From assembly GCF_009914755.1 (NCBI RefSeq), contig NC_060931.1: DNA of 64,000 bases; one strand, 5' to 3'. This DNA is from the human T2T-CHM13v2.0 reference genome, Homo sapiens. This document shows, piece after piece, positions 23,655 to 34,865 of this stretch (the first letter of the stretch is position 1; every line of letters starts with the position of its first letter). The position numbers and the translations under genes were made by a program. The notes beneath the pieces were generated by a model that saw nothing but the letters and a program-made list of their open reading frames with translations, was not told the origin of the DNA and made no database searches.

Positions 23655-25766
23655 TTATTATTAAAGTCATAGTAATATTTTAAAAACAATTATCACACAT
23701 TAACAAAACAGCCGATGTCACTAACACCAAAGGTCAGGGTGTGGAATATATGCACCAATGGTTCTCCATCTGACTAGATATACTTTCCAGGAAATGAAAA
23801 TACTTGGAAGCTTTTCAAAAAGTTCTAGAAGAAAAACCATTTCTGATACCTACAAATATACATGTATATGAAAGTGTTACAAATATAAAAATACATGTTT
23901 TCAAACTCAAATGTAATTTTAAGAACTTTGCCTTAATTTATATTGCCAAGTAGCTTAAACATTTTAATAGTGTCACTGACTGATGTTGATTGTTAAAGAC
24001 TTCATCCAATTTACGAAGTTGGTTTTAGCAATCTATATGAACTAGGTTAATTAAAATGTGAAATTTGCAAAACCAAGCCTACGTAGAATACTTTTAAACA
24101 TCAGAAGAAAATAAATCACTGTTGTAGCCTTGTTTCTTTCATAGTTATATAAATTTGCTTAACCATATACAAGAAAAGAACTTTTCTTTTGAGGAAAAGG
24201 TACACTCGAACTCTGATCTGTAATTATTTAAGCTTTGGGCACTTCATAGCCTAATCATCATTTGCTGTAAATATACCATACTCCCTTTCAAAATGATATT
24301 TAATCTGCATTTAGTACGTGGTATTGGATTTTACATTTCTTAAAGATATATAAAAGTTTTGGTGTACTCAGTAGGTGATTGAAGATGTGCTACTTCATGG
24401 AGAAAAATATATTAGGTGTGTCTGACCTGGAAAGAATGTTCTATTAATCTTTTTCTTGTGTCAGATTTATAACAAAAAGAAGTGGAAACTATATTAAGCA
24501 AGGATATAAGTTACATATATATATATGTGTGTACGTGTGTATATATATCTGTAGGATATGAAAAGATGTTAGCCATTATATTTTCTCTTATTCTTGCTGT
24601 TCTCTAATTTAAACTCAAATTCTGGGGATTCGTATGAGTTTTTATGGGTAAATACTAAGACAGGAAGATAGGGTTTGTTGAATGATCCCTTCTTCAGATC
24701 CACTTTATGATGCAGGCTTTACCTGTGTGCATAGATGTAGAAACAGGTCCAGAAACACCAGGGAACCTGAACAAAGTCACATGGCTGGTGAGAGGAGAAT
24801 TGGTGTCAACTCCAATTCCTTTGGAGAATATATGCAAATTATCTGCTTGTGTTTGTGGAGATCTCTAAGTCAATCCATATTACCCACATTTCAATGCATA
24901 ATTGTGAGTTTACTGAGACTTTGACCAGAAGTATTGTAAAGCTGAGCTTGTTCTATGGCGTTTGGGAGGAGTTGAAATAAATCATTTCAAGGACAATGAA
25001 ATGTTCAGCCCAAGGTACACTCGTCCTTGGTTTAAACACCCATTTCCTTTAAGGACTTTCTAATGAGACCTTGTGGATTTTCCAAAAAATATACCGTGCC
25101 AGTGGCAGCTTATTCACCTTACTTACATAGTTCGAGGAACTGCTTGTTTAAATTTAGATACTGTCTCTGATGAAATGTTTTGACAAAGTAATACCAGCTT
25201 GATACTATTTAAAATATTTTGACAGATGGGAAAATTGTTTCAGTCTGAGTTGAGCAATACTTTATTGCAGTATTTTGTGAGTTAGAAAAAAAATGGTAAA
25301 GGTAGCCTCACTGTTCCCCAAAATAACATCCTTCCATTCTCCCTGAGGAGAGAAAGGCCTCTATTCAGTCATAGATTACAGTATGTGTGCTGAGTATGTT
25401 AAGAATTCACACAGTTTAAACAAGAGGGAACATTTGGGGACTGTTTCCAAACAGGGAACATTTATTGTTCTATAAGCAAACCGAACCTAAAGAACTTTCG
25501 GGAACATTTGTTGTGGTAGCATGTTATCAGAGCCTTCTCATGCCGTGATGAGATTGTTCTCAATTAATAAAACTAAATCACTAGATTTTAAAACTGACTT
25601 GGATGAAAAAAAAAGCTCAAATTTACCTACTTCAATATCTAGAGTTTTAAAAAATATGCTATTATAATAAAAAATATTTAAATATTTCACATTAGTTGCA
25701 AAGGATGAAATCCAGGTGGTCCTTGTTTGTGATATTAAACAAATGTGTTGAAGCAATGTGGTAGGG

Positions 25767-25910
25767 CAGTGGTCCTCAAAGTGTGATTCCTGGACCATTA
25801 GAAATGCAAATTCTAGGCTTTCTGGTTCAGACACTGGTGCAGCCCAGCCATCTAGATTTTTAACTCGTGTTCCTGATCATTCAGATGCACACTTTAGCTT
25901 GATAAGTGCC
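25767..25910. mobile_element. MER5A/B hAT MITE
   Basis: cagtggtcctcaaagtgtg...ttagaaatgcaaattct...gatgcacactttagcttga. Confidence 0.7.
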
Positions 25911-26620
25911 CAGATAGTGTAGAGACTTTCAAGCTATCCCAAGGCCTGCCAGATTGGAAAGAGGGAGGACTGTGGTGGGGGGGTGGGGTTGGGGGGAATG
26001 ATCAGGAATGGTTCCCAGGCTTCCCCATGTCCATTTCAACTATGGGAACTTTGATTTTCTGTTTTACGTATCACAGAGTTTTATGTTGGGCTCTGTGACT
26101 ACACGGTTTTGAAAAACACTGGGATAGATATTTCTTTGGAGGACGATATACCATGGCCCAGAAAATCTTTAGAGAATAACAGCATCTCTGGCTGTGTTCA
26201 CATCATTTTAGCAATATGTGTGTCCTGAAACTGAATTTGGTCAGTAAAGTAAGAGTTAGCCTGTGTGTCAGTGACAGCCTCATGTTAACCAGTCTCCTAA
26301 GGAACACATGTACAAATCAGAAATGCCAGTTGTATTTTTCTAATTACAATCAGAGGCATAACAAAAAATTATGCATACACTCACGTTTAACTTCTCCTGA
26401 TACTCGCACTGTGCACAAGTTAACATTTAGAGTTGGGAATATCCCAACAATCCCTTGTCCAGTGATTGAATTGTCCATGATACCAATTCAGGCCTCCACC
26501 TTTGATATATACCTGCAGGTGTGACATAGACATCATACAGCATTGTTAACTTACAGCTATAGAATCAGGGGAAAGAGAAGTTGACATTTTCTACAGATTT
26601 TTATCAACTTGTACAAATCC

Positions 26621-26623
<3 letters not shown>

Positions 26624-26663
<40 letters not shown>
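26624..26663. repeat. (AC)20 microsatellite
   Basis: Seen directly. Confidence 0.95.
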
Positions 26664-26666
<3 letters not shown>

Positions 26667-26905
26667 CTTACTAAATTGCTGAGGGCCGCTAAATTCAGTG
26701 TCTTTCTGAACCATGTTATACAAATCTACTCTATTATCTCTTTCAAATTTCTATTTCTAAAAAAAGTTATATATTATTGATGGTTATTTATATAGATTTT
26801 TAATATCATTAATTAAATTGTAATAAGATCTTTATGTTAATGTAACTTTTTGCTCACATCAATTTTATATTGATATTATTTGTTTACCTCTCAGTTCTGG
26901 AGAGA

Positions 26906-26934
26906 GATGATGATGATGATGATGATGATGATGA
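26906..26934. repeat. (GAT)9 trinucleotide repeat
   Basis: Seen directly. Confidence 0.95.
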
Positions 26935-26969
26935 CAAAAATAGGTTACTGTTTTTATAACAAGGATTCT

Positions 26970-27475
26970 GCAGTTAACATTTAGAGGTCTTACACAGTAC
27001 CAAACAGTGTTCTAAGTATTTTATATTTATTAATACTTTTTATTCACACAGCCTACTTATGACAAAAGCCTTTAACCTTTTGAACATAACCCCCAATGAA
27101 AAAATTGAGATTTGGTACATATATACTTCCTTTATGTATATATTGTATATGATTAGGAAAAGAAATAATGAATCAACTTTTATTATATCTAATAACTTGT
27201 GAGTTTTTATTCCCTTCCATTTTATTATGTTTAATTTCATTTTTAAAAGTCCAGTTGAGATTCAGAAAATTGATTTCATTACTCACATTAATAGTCACAG
27301 CCTGCAGAATAAAAAATTGTGCTATCAGATAGATAATATTATTATTTATATTTTACAGATGAGGAAATAGGCACAGAGAGGTTAGGTTAGTTGCCCAAAT
27401 TTACATAATGAGTGGCAAATCCGCAGTTCAAACTTAGGTAGTCTGTCTCCAAAGCCCTCGCTCATAGTACTATAT
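26970..27475 (-). mobile_element. MIR split by a nested hAT element
   Basis: One part at 26970-27062 (ttaacatttagaggtcttac...cagtgttctaagtattttata); resumes at about 27325 with ttttacagatgaggaaataggcacagagaggtta. Confidence 0.7.
27065..27322 (-). mobile_element. Charlie4z/4a-like hAT element nested in MIR
   Basis: Ends aaattgatttcattactcacattaatagtcacagcctgcagaataaaaaattgtg, resembling the recalled antisense Charlie4 terminus. Confidence 0.5.
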
Positions 27476-27989
27476 TCTGTCTTACCTAGTCAGCTCCTTC
27501 ATATTCTACTACTGTCAAGGAGGGATGAACCAAATGGGGAATGTTTTTCTCCCAAATATGGGGACAATATAGTGACAGCCTCAACTTTTCTAAATAGAAG
27601 GATTTAGAGATGAAGGAATGGAGACTGGCTGTAGACTGGCGTTAGAGCTACTTTTCCATTTGAAGGCATCCTTTTATTTAGGATGTGTGTTTGTTTTAGG
27701 AAGTATTTGTAAAGAGGCTGATGGAGATTACTGTGGGGGGAAATGGCTTTTGCCACTGAACCACCCTCTTGGCACTACCACGGGAAATTTATTTTAAACA
27801 ATCTAAAGAACAGTAGGTGGAAAAGATGTGTACCCAGATTATGTGGACCTTCCTGGTGAATGAGGAGAGGACAAAGTGATTGTAGGGCCTATTGTCCTGA
27901 CTCCTTCTAGGGCATACAGTTAGAGGTGCAGGACTGCTACCATGGCTGCATATTTTTGAACACAGACATATTCTTTCCCTGGTGCTTTT

Positions 27990-28395
27990 AAATGTGATTT
28001 AAAAATATGTGTCAGATGAGCAGGCACAAAATGCAAAGATAGGAGAGCCATACAGTGAAAAATCTATTTCTCCATCTTTTCCTTGGTTGTCTCTCTTTTC
28101 TCTCTCTTTCCTAGAAACAATCACTGTTGTCTCTTTCTTGTGTAGCCTTCCAGAATGCTATGCTGTGTGTGTCTGTGTGAGTATCTGTAGTAAACATTAA
28201 AATATTACTACACATTTTCTGTGCCTTGAATTTATTCCTCTTATTTTATGTTTCAGATTTTGTTCCACATGTGGAAGTGCCTTGTGCCTCCTTTTTCACT
28301 GCTACATAGTAGTTCATTGTGTGGGTTTTCCAAAATTAATTTAACAGATCCTCTGTTAGAAGACATTAGGTAATTTATAATCTCTTGCAAGCCTG
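27990..28395 (-). mobile_element. Ancient L1ME 3' fragment
   Basis: aatcactgttgtctctttcttgtgtagccttccaga...gctacatagtagttcattgtgtgg...taatttaacagatcctctgtta. Confidence 0.6.
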
Positions 28396-31039
28396 ATTAT
28401 TTTAAATTTAAATTACACCTAGGGTTCTGAGTCCTTTATATGGTCTTTTATTCTTAGCAGAAGCTTCACAACTCTCTGGGTCTTCAGCAGGGACTGATAA
28501 AGATCAAATTGTTGAATTAGGTCAGGTTTGTGTCAGGAAGTTGCTTGATCTCAGTTTTCTTAGATGGCTATTTTTAGCTTGTGAACAGTAATCATGGTAA
28601 GAAATCTTTGTATCTTGCCCTAGACAATCTTCTCTTGGAAAATTAAAGTGGCCCCCTTTAAAAGATTTAAGAAATGCAATTTGCTAACAGTTTAATGGGT
28701 TTATTAGGGACTTTGAGGGTATATTTCTAGAAGGAGAAATATTTTTGTTTCTCTGAAAGTTCTAGCTACTTTATTCTCCATAGCCCTTAAAAACTTTTCA
28801 GATTTGTCTTCCTATAATTCGTAGAGATTTGGAAAATTAGACATAAGGCACCTGTTTTCTTAAATGCATGGTTACCTATTCCTTTGTCCTATCCTTTCAA
28901 GACAATTCTGGGAACAGTTTGTTCAGCTTTACGAAGAAAACATTTCTTCATCACCTGAGTTTTCGGTCACCCATGAATTCTAAGAATATTTTAGCTGATT
29001 TCAGGGAAAAAGTATTCAATATTAGTGATTGATAATTATATGAAAAATAGACCAGTAAAGCAATCAAGTGGAAACTTGGTAGAAATGTATAGATAAGTGA
29101 CCTGGTCCATTCTGCATTTTTCTGATTCAATTATATCCACAGTAACTCAGAGATAACAAAATTGGTGCTATGTAGCAAATAATCTGAAGAAAATAATGCT
29201 ATAAATTCTTTCAGAAGTGATTTCAGAATTTAATATTTTCCTGTCAGGAGATTTATGACCTGACACTGAGAATTATTAAGGCTCAGATCCAAATACTTAG
29301 TTCATTTTCTCTTGCTCAGCATTTAGTAAAGATGTGGAACACACTAGTCAGATACTGGTTAGTCAAGCTCGGAATTCAGGATTTCATATCCTTGTCACCA
29401 TGTGTGAACTTTGGAATATTTGGATTTTAATATATGCAAATGCTTTTATAATGTGTGATGTGTTAGGTGAAAATTATTGCACACACTAACAATTTAATTT
29501 AAAATGCTACTCTTGAATATTTTATAAACCACTGGAATAATAACATAGCCTTAATGAATATAAAACTGTTTCTTCTTCCTTTGTTAAATCATGTGGGCTG
29601 CATTCTACTTAATACACTGCCTCAATTTATCCTTTTGTGCTAAGATTTTAAGTTAAAATAGAAAATAAACAATAAATCAAGTTGGACTGCAATCATGTTC
29701 ACTTGGGAAATTTCACTTAGAGACATTTGATATATTTTTGGAGGGATTTCAGGGATCTACATTGGTTAAGTTGAATCTGTAATTTGGTTATACATAAAAT
29801 TAAAGTTAATCTAAGTGGACAGAATCAATACTCTTGTGAGTTTAATTAGATGGCCAGCTTCCAAGCAAGAGATTATTCTTTTTACTATCCTCCTATCCTC
29901 TTTCCTTAGGCAGCAAAATAATTCCTTTGCCAAAGTATGTTGGACAGTTCCCTGGTGACAAGTTCTATAGAAACTCATAGCTATGCTGTTAGCAATGTGA
30001 GACAGAAGGGAGGGATATGTGGGTGAGGAGGCCATTGTATTCTAGAGATAGTAATAAGCCTGCCTTATCTCCAGATCATAGCCCAGCCAAAGGGATAGTG
30101 TCCCATTTGCAGAGGATCTGCAGTCACTGTTTCTAAACCAAACCTATAAAACAGGATGGTGTTTCTTTCAGGCTGAAAAATCCCAAGACAGAAAAACAGG
30201 AAAAGTCGGGGAGATAAATTATAAATTAGACTGGACTTGCAGTGTGAGAATCCTGCTATTAATAGTTACGTTTGATATGAGATGCCTGGAAATGTGGCAG
30301 TAAATTGGAGTGAGGTTTTATTTCAGGTAATAACTTTCCTTTTATCTCTGTTGGTGCGTTGGCAAGAAAATCTAGAAGAGTTTTAGGAGGACTGGATGCT
30401 ATAACCTTCATTGTTCTTATATGTTCAGTGTCATACGCAGGCTTTTACTTATTGAAGAGTAAGTTATTTACAGTGTTTTAAGAGTGAGATTTTATTCTAG
30501 CTCCGTGAAACAAAACAACTGGGTTGAGTTGTCATGGTTGATATTACAGAAATTATTTGATGAGTAGATGCATTTTTAGCAATAAATTTAAAATAGGTTT
30601 AGTAATATTTAAGCTACATGATTGTATTTCTAACTTTGTGGCTGTCTTTTAAATAAATGAAGTTTGAAATTCGTGTTTTATATTTCAGATTTTTATTCTT
30701 CATGTTGCACCATCACAAATAAATATGTGTTAAGTAGTTAATATGAGCAAGGAACAGTGAGAAATAAAGATCAGTAAGAAAGGTTCTGTCTTCAATGGTT
30801 CGCAGCAACGTGGTTGAAAAACCTTGGCAAGAGTACATGAACTAAATAATATTAACCACACACAGGTTGTGATCTGATTGTAGGTATTAGGCAGAGTATC
30901 AGAACAGAATGCATTTCTGTAATCCTCATGTTAAAGAAAATGGATTCTTTTCTTTTTATAAGACTAATGATGACTAATATAAGACTAATAAGAATAAACC
31001 AACTTTTATTGTTCTGTTTCCTATACCTTATTGTAAAAT

Positions 31040-31290
31040 TAATATTTATTGAGCACTTAGTAGGGGTCAGGCATTCACTGTTCTGTGTTTACCATATGTA
31101 TGAATTCCTTTAGTCCTTAACATCTCATGAGGTGGGCATGTTATGATCGTCCCTTTAGAATATATAAAGGAACTGAGGCACAGCGTGGCTCATTAGCTGC
31201 TCAAGGCCACAGAGCTCATAACTTATGAAACCAGGCTGGTAAAACAAGCTGCAGGACTTGTGAGTCAACACTCTTAACCTCTGTGCTTTA
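31040..31290 (-). mobile_element. MIR SINE
   Basis: aatatttattgagcactta...aggaactgaggcacag...aaggccacagagct. Confidence 0.7.
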
Positions 31291-31689
31291 TACTTTCTCT
31301 CATTTCACTGCATATTAGTTAACACCTCTCTGCTGTAAGCCTAAATAGATGTCCAATTTGCACTAGGAAAATACAGGCTTTAGGCTAGGATCAGAGACTT
31401 GAAATTTGTTTCTGTAGAAAAGGATGAGTTATTTTGATGTAAGTATTCACAGCACTACATAATTTAAGTGATTAAATTCATCCCCCTTTGGTGAGGTTGG
31501 GGGGAGTTTCTAGGAGAATGACACCCTCACCTTTGGATGTTGAGAGATGCATATTTATGGAAGTGTGCATTTCCTCTACCTGCTCAGTCTAAACTGACTT
31601 TCTTCCTGGACAGATCCTTGTGATGATGACTTCTGTCACAGATCACAAGAGAGCCAGTCACAAACTGGGTGTCTGCACTGAAGAGAGTC

Positions 31690-31880
31690 CTTTAGAGACT
31701 GAGTGTCTGATGGACCTGTGTTTGCAATTGTCTTTTTCTATTTATGTGACTTCGGAAAGTTACTACTGAGTTTTATTTCTTCTTCTCCTTAAAATGGTAA
31801 TGATAAAAGTGAAAATACCTAGCTCATAGGGTGGTTGTGAGAATGAAATCTGAAAACATCTATAAGCACCCTAGCTGCAT
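31690..31880 (+). mobile_element. MIR fragment
   Basis: tgtgacttcggaaagttact...aaaatgg...cctagctcatagggtggttgtgagaatgaaat. Confidence 0.6.
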
Positions 31881-31891
31881 AAGAGCTATAC

Positions 31892-32066
31892 CAGTTTTTC
31901 TCAAAATGTTAAGTACCTGTGAAGTCATCTGGAGATCTTTTTAAAATGCAGACACTGATTCATTTTATTTAGTTGATCTAGGGTGAGGCCTGAGATTTTG
32001 CATTTCTAACAAGCTCTGAAATGATACTGTGCTGGTTCAAGGGCCACACTTTGAGTCACAAGGTCC
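31892..32066. mobile_element. MER5A
   Basis: cagtttttctcaaa...tctagggtgaggcctgagattttgcatttctaacaagctc...gggccacactttgagt. Confidence 0.8.
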
Positions 32067-32332
32067 TGCACAATATGCATAGAAGAAATGTTCCTATTAA
32101 TAGGAGCTGTTAAAGTTTGTATTAACAGAATATTTCTGTTGATAACTTTGCACTCAGTTTGGGGTTGTCTGCTGAAATATGTACATATAATGTATAAGTA
32201 TTGAGAAATATGGCATTTAGAATCTTTTCATTGGGAAATAATGCATTCTATAATGGTTTTGTGCTGCATTGTGACAAAAAATAAATTTGGAGTCCTCTTT
32301 GGAATAAGATTCCATTAAAAATTCACCCATGT

Positions 32333-32657
32333 TGCCAGGTACGGTGGCTCATACCCATAATCTCCGTACTTGGGAGGCCAAGGCACATGGATTGCTTGAG
32401 CCCAGGAGTCTGAGACCAGCCTGGGCAACATGGCGAAACCAGATCTCTCCAAAAAAAAAAAAAAAAAAAAATTGGCTGGGTGTCATGGCGCACACCCAGC
32501 TACTCAGGTGGTGTATTCTCAGCTACTCAGGAAGCTGAAGCAGGAGGATCGCTTGAGCCCAGGAGTTGGAGGTTGTGGCGAGCCAAGATTGTGCCATTGT
32601 ATTCCAGCCTGGGTGACAGAGCAAGCCTCTGTCTCAAAAATAAAAAATAAGAAAATA
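32333..32657 (+). mobile_element. AluJ
   Basis: J diagnostics ggattgcttgagcccaggag and gcctgggcaacat. TSD taaaaattca(c/g)ccat at 32316-32330 and 33047-33061 encloses the whole Alu cluster. Confidence 0.92.
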
Positions 32658-33046
<389 letters not shown>

Positions 33047-34509
33047 TAAAAATTCAGCCATATTAAAAGACTCATGAGTGTAGTAATGAATGAAAGATGT
33101 GATTGAGTAACTTTGTATCATATGTTTATTTCTAGCAGCCAGATTTTCTTGACTAAAGCTATAATTAGTCATGGCTCTCTGATTATTCTAAAAAGTGAAT
33201 TTATTATCTTGAGGGCGTTGCTCTTAATATATTTTGAATAATAAAATGCTGAAATTAAGTATGCTTGACTTGTGTCTGATAAATTTGAATCTTAAAACGG
33301 ACTTTTGAAAATATAGGAAGAAAAACTGTATAGGAATATCCCGTCACTTGTAATGTTGACAAAAATAGTAGAACCTATGACTCACGTATGTATTTCCCAA
33401 ACGTGAGTTGAGTAACTGGCTCCAGTTGTTACTGATGGCATGCCGTGCTTGTGCCATATCTGTGTTCTCTGATAACTGCTAAATCAACTGCTGCCTAAAG
33501 TAGTGTCAAGGCAGTGAAAAGCCTCTGGCCACCTGTGGAATTGTTTCGGGGGATGGGACTTTCTACTTTGGGGAAAATCTGTAAATCTATGGTGTAAGGC
33601 AATCCTTTGTGTTTTGTTTCTGTTAGACTACTTTTGTGTTACCAAAGTAGTCTAACAGAAATACTTAGTAGTCTAACAGAAATCCGTGTTGCCAAAAGTT
33701 CTTCATAAATTTTATTGCTCTGTCTTGCATAAATGGCCTGTATACAGGCTCTTTAAAATGGTTGGTAAGAGTGGAAATGGGAAGAGAGTCTTGCCCTACT
33801 TAAACTCCAGAAAATATGATAATGGTTGCCTGTAGGAGCTCTGACTAATCATATATTTTTTGATGACATGTGCTTGCCATCAAAACAGCATCAAAGAGAG
33901 AGGAAAAGAATTATATCAGAGCCTGGTTCATCCCAGTGTCCTGGCCTCCTAGGGAGGTGTTAGAATGGGATGGTTTTTTACTTGCAGCTGCAAGATACGC
34001 CAGCATCTCTTGGATCAGAGCCCTTCGTGAAGTAAGGGAGAATTACAATAGGACTGTAGCTCAGGCCAAGGGATTAATAGAAAGATTAAATTTTGTATGT
34101 TTTAATTCAATACAAAAATGCTACATAAACATCTGCCTTTTTAAAAAATATGAAATCCTTTCCATCTTGGTGATCAGCTTGATCAGCAACCACACCTCAC
34201 ACTTACTGTTTTCAATAACAAATGGAATGCAGATGGCATTTGTTTCAACGATAACTACAGACAGCAATAACTAATGAATAACTTCAGTGATACCTGGAGT
34301 CACCTGTGGAGATGGTGAAAATATTTAGAACTGACAATTCCTACTGCATTCATGGAAAAAGAAGTAAAGTGGAGTGGGGCCTCAGCATCTGGATTTTTAA
34401 ACTGTTCTATTGTTGATTTGAATCAATTCATCATGAATTAGCAAGTTGCTAGTAAGTAGCATTAACTACTGATGATGATCAATTCTTTTCTTGAGAGACG
34501 AAGGCAGTA

Positions 34510-34700
34510 AACTATTACAGAGAAGGTCTGTGCTTTGGCTTCAAAGAGACCTGGGTTCATACTTTGGGTCTGTCACAGAATTATGTGAAATACCTCTTTT
34601 CCTCTGTTTCTTTATGTGATAAGGGGGGATAATACTCCCTATATCATAGGGTGGTGGAGGTTAAATGTAAAAACATAACGACTAGTATAGTGCTTAGTAC
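34510..34700 (+). mobile_element. MIR fragment
   Basis: agacctgggttcatactttgggtctgtcac...tcatagggtggtggaggttaaatg. Confidence 0.6.
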
Positions 34701-34709
34701 ATTACAGAC

Positions 34710-34865
34710 TTTTGCTCCTCAAAGTCTCGCCCTGGGATCAGCAGTATTTGTATCACAGCAGATAGATCCAAGAAATGCAGTATCTCAGGCCCATTCCAGA
34801 CCTCCTCAGTCAGAATCTGCATTTCCGGGGGATTCCTCTGTAACCTGTAGTGTGACAAGCACTGA
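34710..34865. mobile_element. MER5-family MITE
   Basis: agaaatgcagtatctcaggcccattccagacctcctcagtcagaatctgcattt. Confidence 0.7.

Noticed and set aside
26895-26945. (GAT)9 after an acceptor-like ctctcag, as a possible poly-Asp exon
   Set aside because: No convincing donor; it sits in low-complexity DNA beside a MIR end and is best explained as a microsatellite.
33617-33696. Repeat-spacer-like pattern as a CRISPR-type array or pre-miRNA
   Set aside because: Only 2-3 copies in mixed orientation in a primate context, and the stem is short for a pre-miRNA; a repair scar explains it better.
33870-34274. Longest non-repeat ORFs (134 aa here; 131 aa at 61468-61863)
   Set aside because: No recognisable domain or coding-like composition; lengths are compatible with chance in 64 kb read in six frames.
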